Shown here piece after piece: positions 9,573-19,468 of a stretch of DNA of 64,000 nt; the first letter of the stretch is position 1; each line of letters begins with the position of its first letter. The stretch is from assembly GCA_014685065.1 (NCBI GenBank), contig GCA_014685065.1_3930.1. The stretch is one strand, 5' to 3'. The notes beneath the pieces were generated by a model. It made no database searches and was not told the origin of the DNA. It worked only from the letters and a program-made list of their open reading frames with translations. A program made the position numbers and the translations under genes. The stretch is from a phage.

Positions 9573-10430
9573 TTAATCTTCTGTATCGAAGTCTTCATCC
9601 TCTTCGTCATCTGGGTCTGGCAAATCTTCATCATCACCATCATCAGAATCATTCGAAGATTTATGGTCTGTTGCGTCTTCTTCAGTGATTTCACCGTTAT
9701 CTTCGACACCATCAAGACCAAGCATAGCCAGTTCATCTTCATCCAGTTCAGGTTCACCATTAGCACCGTTACCACCAGTGTAAGGTACAAGAGTATCAAT
9801 GATAAACTGTTCCTGAATAGGTTTAGTCAGAACATTGTTCTCAAAAGTGTAGAAGTGAGTAGAAAGAATCACACTACCAAAAGAACCGTTACCAACTGCA
9901 ATATCTGGATGAATTACATCATAGTTCTTATCATCTTCATGCTTATCAGATGCTTGAGCTTTGATTTTCTTCATCGGCTGTTTAACAGCTACACGTTTAC
10001 CGTTTACTTCTTCAATCAGCATTACAGGGAATGACTGTTTAGCTGTCCATACAGCACCATCTTTATAAGCTGCTGCACGACTTACTTTCAAGATGTAGTA
10101 AGTGTCTGCTTCAAAAGGTGGTTTGCAGCCAAACTTCTCTTCGAAGTCATCTGCATCAACTGCTTCAGTAGTAACTTTATCCCAACCCTCTGGGTTCTTC
10201 TTAGACTTAGTAAACTCTTTAAAGAGTTTGTTACCGTCTTCTGCCAGAATTGATACGCTGTAGTTACAATCTTTTCCTGGGAATTTCTTGTCAATAGACT
10301 TACCTTTTCCCGGACGTGGTGAAGTGTTCAGGTAATAAAACCAGACATCTTTCAGCAGGTAACGCAGAGTTTGACGTTCAGTACCGTTGTACTTCTCTAC
10401 CGGAGCTTTCATTTTAACAACTTTAGACAT
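9573..10430 (-). CDS. single-stranded DNA-binding protein (T7 gp2.5-like)
   Basis: 285 aa with a strongly acidic C-terminal tail ending DEEDEDFDTED; sits inside the replication module. Confidence 0.6.
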   Translation of the reverse strand: MSKVVKMKAPVEKYNGTERQTLRYLLKDVWFYYLNTSPRPGKGKSIDKKFPGKDCNYSVSILAEDGNKLFKEFTKSKKNPEGWDKVTTEAVDADDFEEKFGCKPPFEADTYYILKVSRAAAYKDGAVWTAKQSFPVMLIEEVNGKRVAVKQPMKKIKAQASDKHEDDKNYDVIHPDIAVGNGSFGSVILSTHFYTFENNVLTKPIQEQFIIDTLVPYTGGNGANGEPELDEDELAMLGLDGVEDNGEITEEDATDHKSSNDSDDGDDEDLPDPDDEEDEDFDTED

Positions 10431-10466
10431 TATTTAAACCTCTATCTCAATTTATGAAGAGTACCA

Positions 10467-10495
10467 ATTCTAATTTGTTGATACTCTATTGTCAA
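10467..10495 (-). promoter_or_regulatory. sigma70-like promoter for the SSB gene
   Basis: On the minus strand: TTGACA - 17 nt - TAGAAT, about 40 nt upstream of the SSB start. Confidence 0.5.
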
Positions 10496-10502
10496 ATACT
10501 AA

Positions 10503-10652
10503 TTACTGGAAGTTGTGCTTATCTTTAGAAGCTGCTTTACGTGCAGTTTTTCCAGTTCTTACACGTTTTTCTTCATAGTATTTTGCTGGTTTTCCAGCAG
10601 TGGCTTTTAAGGAATCCCCAAAAACTTTTTCAAATGCTTTAGAGTGTTTCAT
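10503..10652 (-). CDS. small basic protein (49 aa), absent from the ORF track
   Basis: ATG at rc of 10650-10652, stop TAA at 10503-10505; MKHSKAFEKVFGDSLKATAGKPAKYYEEKRVRTGKTARKAASKDKHNFQ. Lys/Arg-rich. Confidence 0.3.
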   Translation of the reverse strand: MKHSKAFEKVFGDSLKATAGKPAKYYEEKRVRTGKTARKAASKDKHNFQ

Positions 10653-10942
10653 GATATTCTCCGATATACTTGATATTCAAACACATTTTCTTTCATTATA
10701 AACAGCCAACCAATATTATGCTGAGGCAGTGTAATGATGACTGTAATCATACTTTGATGGAACTGCTGTTCTATTTCAACTTCTCCATCGCATTTCATGT
10801 GGAGCATTCTATAGAACCTATCAATCTTTGTCAAACACTCTTCATGAAATTTATTTAAACTTTTTTCTTCAAATAAGGGTGTGAACCCCCCTCTTTTATA
10901 GCTATCACTCAGTTTCGAACGGGCAGTCATCTGCATCCTCAC
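10649..10942 (-). CDS. hypothetical protein (uncertain)
   Basis: 97 aa ORF overlapping the 3' end of the primase-helicase gene; may be spurious. Confidence 0.3.
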   Translation of the reverse strand: MRMQMTARSKLSDSYKRGGFTPLFEEKSLNKFHEECLTKIDRFYRMLHMKCDGEVEIEQQFHQSMITVIITLPQHNIGWLFIMKENVFEYQVYRRIS

Positions 10943-12896
10943 TTAATACAGGTGGAATCGTTGAGCTTTGACGCTGCTCTTCAGTATAGACTTCACCAGT
11001 CTCACGGTCAAACACTTCATCCTCATAATGTGGCAAAGAGTCATCGTAATGGTCTTCAGCTTCACCAATACCAAACTGTTGGCGAATATTTTCTGCTGCA
11101 CCATCAATGTCAACTCCACAACCAGAGGCTTTAATGAGACGTCCTGTATCTGGATTGTACCAAGTATGACCAGCAATACCTGTTGACTTACCGTGACGAC
11201 GGCATTTAGTTAACTTGATTTTTGTCAAGTTTTTCTTAACAGGGTCTGGGTCAACCTTGTTACGCATTAACAGAATGTTGTTCATAGAAATCTGGAAATA
11301 CGCACCAGAACCTTTAATATCCTCTTCAGAGATATCTCCACCTTCGGAGTTAGCCTTCTGACCACCTGCACTCTTACGAACGTGACAGACGTTCACCTGT
11401 GCATACTGGTAGCGTTTGCAACGACGCAATAGCTCAGATAAAACTTCCTCTTCATCCGTATCTGAACGTGACAGAGCCAACGTAATAGGGTCAAGAATAA
11501 TAATCTTACAGTCTAAGCTGTTAACAAGATAGTCAACAAACTCCAGCAAGTTATCTTGGTCAATTGCCCCTTGATGGTCAACGATGTGGATACGACGACC
11601 TTTAGACAGTTCTGCGTGTGCTCCTTTTAATTCATCCCAATCCCGTTCATCATAAGGAATCTCAGAAATCTGCTTGCTCAGGTGGATTGCACAGAGCATC
11701 TCCATCAACTCTTCATAGGTATCTTCTACAGGAATTACACCGATATTATAATCAGTTTCTTTCCAAGCTGAATAAATCATCTCACGAGTGTAAGCTGACT
11801 TACCTACTGAAGATGGTGCTGCAATAGTTGTAATCTCACCTAAACCGTAACCACCATAAGTCAGCCTGTTCAAATCTCCGAAAGATTCTGGGAAAGGAAT
11901 CAATGGAATCTGACCACGATTCTTCATTGCCTCAAAACCATCTGCAAAGTTCTTGATACCAGCAGGACAGTAACGAGGTGCATTGTAGATACGCTGCTTA
12001 AATCCTTCCAGAACTGTGTCTTTCTCTTTATAGAACTTTGTCCACCACTCGTTAAGGTCTTTTACGCCTTCTGGATACTGGAATAAACGAACCTTCTCAA
12101 TAGGTAGGATACCAGCAGCCTCTTTAGTGGCTTTAGCACCTGCTTCATCGTTATCAAAGCACAAGTAAATCTCATCAAATGATGTAATGTACTGATAGTT
12201 ATCTTTGATAGACTTGATGTTTGCACCTGATGGAACAGATACGTGACAGTAATTCTTACGACGAGATTTATCCTTAATCGCAAGAGAAGTCATATAGATT
12301 GCTGTCGCACATTCCATCTCACCTTCCCAGATGAATAGACGGTTACCACCTTCTGGAGCAATCCATGAACCGAACATTGCCAGTTCACCTTTAATGTCTC
12401 CAACACCACCAGAAAAGTCTTTTAACTTACCTCGTAGGTGTTCTTTTGGATGGTCTTCTGGGTAACGGTGACGAACACGGTAGCCAACATGTTCTAGCTT
12501 ACCATCTTCATTACGTTTGTAAGTTGGATAGAAGTGCGCATCAATTTCACCGTCACTGTCAATATCAACCTTGATACCTAAGCGTTCAAGGACTTTTGCA
12601 GGAATCTTCCTATCTTTCAAGTCCATTGCTTCTAGGTTTTCTTTTACATCGTCTAAATCCATTCCACGGAAAGTACGGTTTTTATTGTCTGAACCAGTAG
12701 AATAAGTGCTCACGATTTGTCCTTTATCAAAATCCCACTCTGGGAAACCTTTGTTACAACTAAAGCAAGTCATTGAATAAGAATCATCGTCATGATGATA
12801 GATTGAACCAGCATCTGATGAACCACAACGTGGACATGCGCAATGACCAACAAACTGACCAGCCTCTTTCAATTTACGACCTTTAGACATTAGCAC
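10905..12896 (-). CDS. bifunctional DNA primase/helicase (T7 gp4-like)
   Basis: 663 aa; N-terminal zinc ribbon (CPRCGS...CFSCN), central primase-like region, C-terminal helicase with Walker A GLGEITTIAAPSSVGKS. Confidence 0.9.
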   Translation of the reverse strand: MLMSKGRKLKEAGQFVGHCACPRCGSSDAGSIYHHDDDSYSMTCFSCNKGFPEWDFDKGQIVSTYSTGSDNKNRTFRGMDLDDVKENLEAMDLKDRKIPAKVLERLGIKVDIDSDGEIDAHFYPTYKRNEDGKLEHVGYRVRHRYPEDHPKEHLRGKLKDFSGGVGDIKGELAMFGSWIAPEGGNRLFIWEGEMECATAIYMTSLAIKDKSRRKNYCHVSVPSGANIKSIKDNYQYITSFDEIYLCFDNDEAGAKATKEAAGILPIEKVRLFQYPEGVKDLNEWWTKFYKEKDTVLEGFKQRIYNAPRYCPAGIKNFADGFEAMKNRGQIPLIPFPESFGDLNRLTYGGYGLGEITTIAAPSSVGKSAYTREMIYSAWKETDYNIGVIPVEDTYEELMEMLCAIHLSKQISEIPYDERDWDELKGAHAELSKGRRIHIVDHQGAIDQDNLLEFVDYLVNSLDCKIIILDPITLALSRSDTDEEEVLSELLRRCKRYQYAQVNVCHVRKSAGGQKANSEGGDISEEDIKGSGAYFQISMNNILLMRNKVDPDPVKKNLTKIKLTKCRRHGKSTGIAGHTWYNPDTGRLIKASGCGVDIDGAAENIRQQFGIGEAEDHYDDSLPHYEDEVFDRETGEVYTEEQRQSSTIPPVLSEDADDCPFETE

Positions 12897-13083
12897 CTCT
12901 TCGTTGTAGTTCTGCCTTCAATCCGTTTTCAATCTTGTCCAGTTCATGAATTTCATCTGCAATCTCTTTCCTTCGTGATTCAACTCTCTTAAGACGTTCA
13001 ATCATTACCTCATTGGAAAGAGATGAGAGTTCCACTAAACGGTGGTCAATAACTTTAAAATTGTCTTTTACTCTCATCTTCAT
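12883..13083 (-). CDS. hypothetical coiled-coil protein
   Basis: 66 aa charged ORF. Confidence 0.4.
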   Translation of the reverse strand: MKMRVKDNFKVIDHRLVELSSLSNEVMIERLKRVESRRKEIADEIHELDKIENGLKAELQRRGANV

Positions 13084-13091
13084 TCTCTCTT

Positions 13092-13835
13092 TTAAACTTT
13101 AATGATGGCTCTTAGCTTGTTCTCAAGGTCTGCAAGAGTACCATTATTATGAATAATGTCACGCTCATATTTTGTAGAAATCCCATTTTCTGAAACATGT
13201 GATGAAACTTTGTCCACATTGTCTCTTTTTACTTCAATAGTTTGGTGTGCAAATCTACTCAGCCATTCAGCTTCAGAGTCAAATCTTAAATCACTGATTA
13301 AGACAAAACCATATTGATTTCTAAGTGAGCACATTTCATGGAATCTAACCATTCTTTTTTCAAGGTCTTTAGACCAGAACTTGTCGCCCATTACTTTACG
13401 GACAACTTCAGTACCCCAAATCTGTTGAATTTGTCTTGATGAGAATTTATACTTTTTACTAAACCCCAGACGTGTCAATAGAGTCGGTTTAGCAACCTTC
13501 TTAAGCTCCATGATTAATCGTCCGGTTAACTCTGACATAAGCTTGGAGTCCATATGGTAACGTTCATCTCTGAAGGTGAACTCCATAGCTTCCGTAACTT
13601 TAAACATCAGTTCAGGATATGATAAGTCAAAAACCTGTGGAGTCTCTTTAGTTTCACCGTACAGGTCATTCCAAGTCAAGTCAAATATCTTTGATGCAGA
13701 TAGTTTAAGGTTGTCTGCAAAGGCCATTACTTCAACATTATAGCCGTATTCATCCTCTAAGATGTTCTTCACAATAGAACATGAGGTGTCTTTTCCAGAA
13801 CGTGCCTTTCCAGTAAATGCAATAATATTACTCAT
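13092..13835 (-). CDS. deoxynucleoside monophosphate kinase-like protein
   Basis: 247 aa; N-terminal P-loop IIAFTGKARSGKDT closely resembles the T4 gp1 dNMP kinase start; similar length. Confidence 0.65.
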   Translation of the reverse strand: MSNIIAFTGKARSGKDTSCSIVKNILEDEYGYNVEVMAFADNLKLSASKIFDLTWNDLYGETKETPQVFDLSYPELMFKVTEAMEFTFRDERYHMDSKLMSELTGRLIMELKKVAKPTLLTRLGFSKKYKFSSRQIQQIWGTEVVRKVMGDKFWSKDLEKRMVRFHEMCSLRNQYGFVLISDLRFDSEAEWLSRFAHQTIEVKRDNVDKVSSHVSENGISTKYERDIIHNNGTLADLENKLRAIIKV

Positions 13836-13896
13836 TTTATCTCCCTTAATTACTAAAAAGCCCCCAACTAAGGAGGCTTGTAAGATTTATAAAGAC

Positions 13897-14697
13897 TTAG
13901 TGCAGTTGGTCAGCATACTCTTTTTCAGCCATAGCTGAGATTTGCTTCACAAAATCATCACCGAAGTTAATGCGTAGCTTCTCTTCAATGATTGAAGCAC
14001 CAATATTCACCAAAACATCATTGATTGCTTGCATACTAACGCCACCAGTCATTTCCTCAATGAACTCAATGCTCACACCCATCATCTGTGACAGTTGGAT
14101 TAGTGCAACGATATTCATCATCGTAGAGATAGCTGGAATCATCAGTGCAACTTTCACCTGAAGTGGTTCAATGTCAGCTACAGAGTCATTTTCAACAGCT
14201 TCTTCCAAAGACTCTTTAGTTTGCTGGATAATCTCTTTGATTCGTGGGTTTAATTCTTCTACGCCCCAATCAAGTTTTTCATATCGTGAAAGTTTCTCTT
14301 CCATACGCTTCTCAAGAACAGCCATAACAGCACTCGTTGATGAGATAAGCGTATCAATAATGAAATCAGTGTCCTTAGTCAGCAACAGTTCCTTATCTTC
14401 GTCTGACATCCTGATATAGTCATTCTTTTGCATTTCATAAAAAATGAACTCAGCAAGTGCATCAACACCAACCGCAATAGATGCCAGAGCAAGTGTAGTG
14501 TCTGTTAACATCATGTTGACCTGTTCTGCAAAAGCACCGTTATCAGACTTGTCTTCAGGCAAGTTATAGCTTGCAGGCATAAACTGTTCTGTGTAGTTGT
14601 TACCACGAAGAATCATAGCCATGCTTTCTACGGCATTGATTAAGAATGCTTCATCAACACCTTTATCTTCAAGCATCTTTTCTACATCGATATTCAT
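13897..14697 (-). CDS. hypothetical acidic protein
   Basis: 266 aa ORF, acidic, no recognised motif. Confidence 0.5.
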   Translation of the reverse strand: MNIDVEKMLEDKGVDEAFLINAVESMAMILRGNNYTEQFMPASYNLPEDKSDNGAFAEQVNMMLTDTTLALASIAVGVDALAEFIFYEMQKNDYIRMSDEDKELLLTKDTDFIIDTLISSTSAVMAVLEKRMEEKLSRYEKLDWGVEELNPRIKEIIQQTKESLEEAVENDSVADIEPLQVKVALMIPAISTMMNIVALIQLSQMMGVSIEFIEEMTGGVSMQAINDVLVNIGASIIEEKLRINFGDDFVKQISAMAEKEYADQLH

Positions 14698-14698
14698 A

Positions 14699-15121
14699 TT
14701 ATTTCTCTCTCAGTTGGTTAAGTTTCTTTCTAGAACATTTTAAGTTTTCGGATGAAGAAAAGTCAAGTGTCTTTTCAGAACGTGGATAATAGTGCCTATC
14801 CCAAGAAGTTTCAACATCGTTAATCAGTGATGCTAGATTACACAGGTCTGTACCACTTTGCAACCTCTTTTTAAGAGAATCTAGTAAAGCAACTGTGTCT
14901 TTAGCTTTACGTCTCGCTGTAGCAACATCTTTCATATGCTCAAATACAGAGCATTTTAAGTCATCTTCATAGTCTTCAGACAACTCTATTTCATGTTGTA
15001 TATCAACCATTCTCCTGTGATGGTGAGCATATTCCCGTTGAGCAGCAATGTCAAGTTCTTCCAACTTCTGCAAAGCTCTAACAAAGTCAGCTATGTCTGG
15101 GTGAACAAACATTTTCTGCAT
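14699..15121 (-). CDS. hypothetical protein
   Basis: 140 aa ORF; first gene of the minus-strand operon beside the divergent intergenic region. Confidence 0.5.
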   Translation of the reverse strand: MQKMFVHPDIADFVRALQKLEELDIAAQREYAHHHRRMVDIQHEIELSEDYEDDLKCSVFEHMKDVATARRKAKDTVALLDSLKKRLQSGTDLCNLASLINDVETSWDRHYYPRSEKTLDFSSSENLKCSRKKLNQLREK

Positions 15122-15296
15122 GTAAGCCTCTTTTAAGTAGCTATTAAGTTTTAATCTTTTATCTTAACGTATTCTATACGTTATACTTTAAAGCTTTTTA
15201 AAAGCTATTAAATAATCTTTTAAGAGTTTTAAAGTATCTGTATAGTTAAACTGTTAAGTAACCTTTTAAGTAAAAACCCACTTCGCAAAGATTAAC

Positions 15297-15320
15297 ACCT
15301 TGTCAAGTGCATTGTCAACT
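15297..15320. promoter_or_regulatory. conserved motif CACCTTGTCAAGT-N3-TTGTCAAC in divergent intergenic region
   Basis: Near-identical 24-nt element also at 57385-57408; partial copy at 37-49. A TATAAT hexamer lies at 15328-15333. Confidence 0.35.
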
Positions 15321-15378
15321 TGCTTTTTATAATTTTTTGCAGTAATGTATGAGGTTAATGATTTTAGAGGGAGTAAAA

Positions 15379-18078
15379 ATGGAAAACGTAGATTTTAAAA
15401 ACTTACATTTAGTTGGTGATACAGAAACTGATGGTTTACTCCTTGAGTTCACTAAAGTGCACGTAATGGCTTTCGCAGACTATAAATCTGATGATGAAGA
15501 GCCACCTGTATGGGTCTTTACAGATGAGCCTATCCTCGGTCACAAGTACACTAAGTACATCAAGGGTGGCTTACGTGAAGGTATTGAGTTTGCGTTAAAG
15601 GCAAAACGTCTTTGCATCCACAACGGTCTCGGTTATGACTGGTGGGTTTTCAATCACATTGCACCTGATTTATGGAACTTTGATAATCCAAAGTGTAAAC
15701 CGTGGAGTAATTTCTTTCAGGATTCTCTTATTCAGTCTCGTGTTCAATGGATGGATAGACCAACTCCAAAAGGCTATAAAGGTGCTCATGGCTTGGCAGC
15801 ATGGGGTGCTCGTGTTGGTGTTCGTAAACCAGAGATTGAACATTGGGGTGTGTGGAATGCAGAAATCTTCACTCGTGTTGTAGAAGATATCCGTATTAAC
15901 GCCAAAACTAAACGGGCACTTGATAACGAGTATCTCAAGCTTAAGAAGTGTGGCATAGACACTTATGAAACCTACATGCGAGCTAAAGAGACATCTTTCT
16001 GGATGAGCCAGCAAGCTATCAATGGTTGGAAAGCTGATAAAGAGCTTATGGAGTTCCATGTAAAGGAACTTGACAAGCTGACTAATGAGCTTGCTTCAGA
16101 GGTTGAACCACATCTACCTCCAACTATTAAGACCAAAGGTAAAGTAACTGGTGAAGAGTTTGCAAAGGCTTGGAATGAGTATGTTGAAACATTTGGTCAT
16201 GCAGATGGGTTGAAGAGAATCACCAAGTATCCTAAGACGAAGTACCGTCAACAGGTGCGTAACGGTGAGATGCAGACATACGAAATCAAACCATTTGGTA
16301 AGCCAACTACAAAGATTTTTAACATTGAAAAGAGAAATTGCTATACGCCAACCAACTCTGTAACTGGTGAAGAGTACAAGGAAGGTTTTGTAGCAATGAA
16401 GGATGCTCGTGCAATTTGCAATGAGTTGAATGCAAAGATTGGTAAGAAATGCAAAGACTGGAAGCCAGTAAAAACAGTTAAGACTGTGAAGTACTATAAC
16501 AGCCATGTTGTTAACCACTTTGAGCTTGAGTCAAGTCGCTACACAGGTTTGATTGATGCACCATATACACCAATCGAGTTCGAAGTTTCTCGTATGACTC
16601 AGGTAGCAGTTGTTAAAGACTACTTGAAATCAGTTGGTTGGATTCCAGATGACTGGAACTATAAGAAAGACTCTGATGGTCGTCCTGTTAAGGTTTGTCG
16701 CTTCAAAGACAACAAAAAGATGATTACAAAGCATCCTAAATGGCAGGAGATGGTTGAACGGTGTGGTTTGAGTTATGTTGAACATGAAGGTGTCCAGTAC
16801 ATTGAGCATAACTGGTCTGTTAAGAAGTACACAGATTTGCTTGAACCTTGCTTAATCCGTACTTCACCAAAACTTACTGAGTCATCTTATGATACGATTG
16901 AAGGTGAGCTTGGACAGAAGATTGCTAAGTACTATACTTTGATGCACCGACGCAGAACTATTGAGAACTCAAAGGATGATGAAAAAGGTTGGTTGAACCA
17001 GATTCGTCCTGATGGTCGCCTTAGTGCTGGTGCAATGGTGTTTGGTACTTCAACTGGACGTATGACACAATATGGTATTGTAAACGTACCGTCTGGTGCT
17101 GCTGTCTATGGGGAACCAATGAGGGCAGTGTGGATTTGTGAAGAGGGAACCAACGTAGTATCTGTAGATATGAACTCAGCCCAGCTAGTTCTTCTTTGTA
17201 ACTTTATGGGTGATAAAGACTTCACCAAAGCGGTAACGCAAGGTAAAGAAGAGATTGAGTTCATTCGTCAAGAAGATGGACGCTATTACTGCAAACATTT
17301 TGATGAGTACCTCAACCCAGAGATTGATAAGTACCTTCGCTATGACTCTGAGAATGACCTGTACGTTGTCTATTCAGGGACTGATGCACATACACTGAAC
17401 AGTATTTACTTTAACTTGAACGATGAGCAGGACATCTTGACTTGTCGAGCTACTCAGGATGAGAATCTTCTTCATGAGATTAGTAAGGGTCGTAAGAAAG
17501 CTAAGAATGGTATCTATGCACTGCTGTTCGGTGCAGGTGATGAGAAGTTTGCTAAGACGATTAAAGCTGCAACTACTCAGGAAGGTGCGCTGACTAAACA
17601 GACTTACTTTATTCGTTTGCCTAAAATTAAAAAGCTGCTAGATGACTTGGAAGCTGACTACAAAGCAACTAAAAAGGCACTTGAAGAGGTATTTGGTAAG
17701 ACTGCTGCAATCTCTAAAGGTGGTTTTGTAAAGGTTGCTGGAGCTTGGTTGTGGTGTAAATCTCCACACAAATTATTGAACTATCTTTTGATGGGTTCAG
17801 AGGCTCAGATTCAAAATGAGGCGATTAACCTTGCTTGTCGTCGTATGATTGACGAAGGCTTGATGAAGTTGAATGGTCGCAAACCAGCTATTGGTGCTCG
17901 TTTACTCTGCGCATATCACGATGAGACGAGTTGGGAATGTCCAGAAAGCATGACGGCAGAGGTGAAAGCGGTTACTGACTGGTATTATGGACAAGCTTCT
18001 AAGAACTTAGGTCTTAAGAAAGAAACACTTGTTACAGGTACTGGTAAGGTTGGTAAAAGCTGGCTTGAGGTTCACTAA
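15379..18078 (+). CDS. DNA polymerase, family A (T7 gp5-like)
   Basis: Start set at ATG 15379 (strong RBS GAGGGAG); exo motif GDTETDG near the N-terminus, motif B-like RKKAKNGIYALLFGAG, motif C-like YHDETSWE. Confidence 0.9.
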   Translation: MENVDFKNLHLVGDTETDGLLLEFTKVHVMAFADYKSDDEEPPVWVFTDEPILGHKYTKYIKGGLREGIEFALKAKRLCIHNGLGYDWWVFNHIAPDLWNFDNPKCKPWSNFFQDSLIQSRVQWMDRPTPKGYKGAHGLAAWGARVGVRKPEIEHWGVWNAEIFTRVVEDIRINAKTKRALDNEYLKLKKCGIDTYETYMRAKETSFWMSQQAINGWKADKELMEFHVKELDKLTNELASEVEPHLPPTIKTKGKVTGEEFAKAWNEYVETFGHADGLKRITKYPKTKYRQQVRNGEMQTYEIKPFGKPTTKIFNIEKRNCYTPTNSVTGEEYKEGFVAMKDARAICNELNAKIGKKCKDWKPVKTVKTVKYYNSHVVNHFELESSRYTGLIDAPYTPIEFEVSRMTQVAVVKDYLKSVGWIPDDWNYKKDSDGRPVKVCRFKDNKKMITKHPKWQEMVERCGLSYVEHEGVQYIEHNWSVKKYTDLLEPCLIRTSPKLTESSYDTIEGELGQKIAKYYTLMHRRRTIENSKDDEKGWLNQIRPDGRLSAGAMVFGTSTGRMTQYGIVNVPSGAAVYGEPMRAVWICEEGTNVVSVDMNSAQLVLLCNFMGDKDFTKAVTQGKEEIEFIRQEDGRYYCKHFDEYLNPEIDKYLRYDSENDLYVVYSGTDAHTLNSIYFNLNDEQDILTCRATQDENLLHEISKGRKKAKNGIYALLFGAGDEKFAKTIKAATTQEGALTKQTYFIRLPKIKKLLDDLEADYKATKKALEEVFGKTAAISKGGFVKVAGAWLWCKSPHKLLNYLLMGSEAQIQNEAINLACRRMIDEGLMKLNGRKPAIGARLLCAYHDETSWECPESMTAEVKAVTDWYYGQASKNLGLKKETLVTGTGKVGKSWLEVH

Positions 18079-18139
18079 TTAGTATTGACAAGGTGCTCAT
18101 GGAAGAGTACCTTATACTGTATCTTGTATAGGAGGTCAC

Positions 18140-18349
18140 ATGACGCTTTCAGAGATTGAAGTTCAGTTGCAATGTGCAGGTTATTCTCAAAAAGAGATTG
18201 AAGACATGCTTATTGTTATTTGCAGTGGTTATAGAGTAAACCCTGAAGCTCTGCGTATAGCAGATATCTTTATTGCTGGAGGGAAAATCGCAAAAGATAA
18301 GACAGGGTACTTAAAAGGTGAACGTGTAGACATCGAGAATTTGCTATGA
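18140..18349 (+). CDS. hypothetical small protein, paralog A
   Basis: 69 aa; C-terminus GKIAKDKTGYLKGERVDIENLL is shared with the ORF at 18552-18770. Confidence 0.5.
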   Translation: MTLSEIEVQLQCAGYSQKEIEDMLIVICSGYRVNPEALRIADIFIAGGKIAKDKTGYLKGERVDIENLL

Positions 18350-18555
18350 GTCACCGTGGAAGAACCCATGCAGCGATGATGAAAGGTGCTTCAAAGGAAA
18401 CTATCAAGAACCGTAAGCAGAAGTTGTTTGAGAGAATGAATAGACTCATTGATAACACTTCCCTGTCTGGTGGTGAGAAAGTTTTCCTTAAAAGTAACCT
18501 TAAAAGCATTGCACAAGAACTTGTAGATATTGAATATTGGAGACATCAAAAATGA
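18346..18555 (+). CDS. hypothetical basic protein
   Basis: 69 aa ORF, ATGA overlap with the upstream gene. Confidence 0.45.
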   Translation: MSHRGRTHAAMMKGASKETIKNRKQKLFERMNRLIDNTSLSGGEKVFLKSNLKSIAQELVDIEYWRHQK

Positions 18556-18770
18556 CACTTGCAGACGTTATTCAGCAACTTCACGACAATTGCTATACTC
18601 CAGAGTTGATTCAGGAGATGTGTATTGTAGTCATGCCTAGCAAGTTCGTAAAAACCTTTAACAGCGACACTTTAAGGTCTACACACATCCTTATCGTTGA
18701 CGGTAAGATTGCAAAAGACCGTACTGGAGTACTCAAAGGTGAACGTATTGATATTCTGGAGTTGCTATGA
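18552..18770 (+). CDS. hypothetical small protein, paralog B
   Basis: Start set at ATG 18552 (RBS GGAGA); C-terminus GKIAKDRTGVLKGERIDILELL. Confidence 0.5.
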   Translation: MTLADVIQQLHDNCYTPELIQEMCIVVMPSKFVKTFNSDTLRSTHILIVDGKIAKDRTGVLKGERIDILELL

Positions 18771-19036
18771 AGAAAATGTACAGTCTCTGGGGAAGTATTA
18801 TGTGGAAAGCAGTAATTGCGCTTGGTGTTGTTTTTCTATCTGGCTGCAACCCTTCTTATGAAGATAAAAATGCTTCTTACAGTCTCCCACCAGAGATGCA
18901 AGATTGCAGAGTATACAAGTTACATGGTGATGCTATAAGCAGAGATATTGTTGTTGTCAGATGTCCAAACTCCCAAACAACAACATCTTATAGCTATGGC
19001 AAAAATGGTCAATCACACACTACGGTTATTGAGTGA
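18767..19036 (+). CDS. putative lipoprotein
   Basis: 89 aa; hydrophobic N-terminus ending in lipobox-like LSGC. Confidence 0.5.
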   Translation: MKKMYSLWGSIMWKAVIALGVVFLSGCNPSYEDKNASYSLPPEMQDCRVYKLHGDAISRDIVVVRCPNSQTTTSYSYGKNGQSHTTVIE

Positions 19037-19046
19037 GGTTTTCACG

Positions 19047-19253
19047 ATGGAAGTCTTAGTAAACTACATCTATTGTTATGATGTTGTTCACTCCACTACA
19101 ACCGTAGCTCAACGTAATCCAATCGTCCCACGAGAAGGTGAGTTGGTTCGCATTGAGGGTTGGACTTACACTGTGGAAAGCATCATTCATAAGTTTGATG
19201 TTGCTGGCGATGTTCAAGTTATCGACGTAGAGATTGGTGGTAAGAGAAAATGA
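19047..19253 (+). CDS. hypothetical protein
   Basis: Trimmed to ATG 19047 after a GAGG RBS; the longer track ORF overlaps the upstream gene. Confidence 0.4.
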   Translation: MEVLVNYIYCYDVVHSTTTVAQRNPIVPREGELVRIEGWTYTVESIIHKFDVAGDVQVIDVEIGGKRK

Positions 19254-19468
19254 CTGTAGAAGATAAATTTAAGAACGCAGTTCTTACAGAAGATGGTGAG
19301 CTTGAAACATTCATTCTTCGTGTTGATGGTAAGCTATTCCGGTGTCGTTGTGGGTCAAACTGTTTCCACAAACCAGATAAAAATGACTTAGAGCTTTACG
19401 CATGTAATGCTTGCAATACTTGGTATCACTCAGAGGTTAAAAATGACAATTCTGTACAAACAAAATAA
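19250..19468 (+). CDS. hypothetical Cys-rich (zinc-ribbon-like) protein
   Basis: 72 aa with CRCGSNC...CNACN. Confidence 0.45.
   Translation: MTVEDKFKNAVLTEDGELETFILRVDGKLFRCRCGSNCFHKPDKNDLELYACNACNTWYHSEVKNDNSVQTK

Noticed and set aside
15635-16518. ORFs of 82-134 aa inside or antisense to the DNA polymerase gene
   Set aside because: Nested within a strongly supported CDS.
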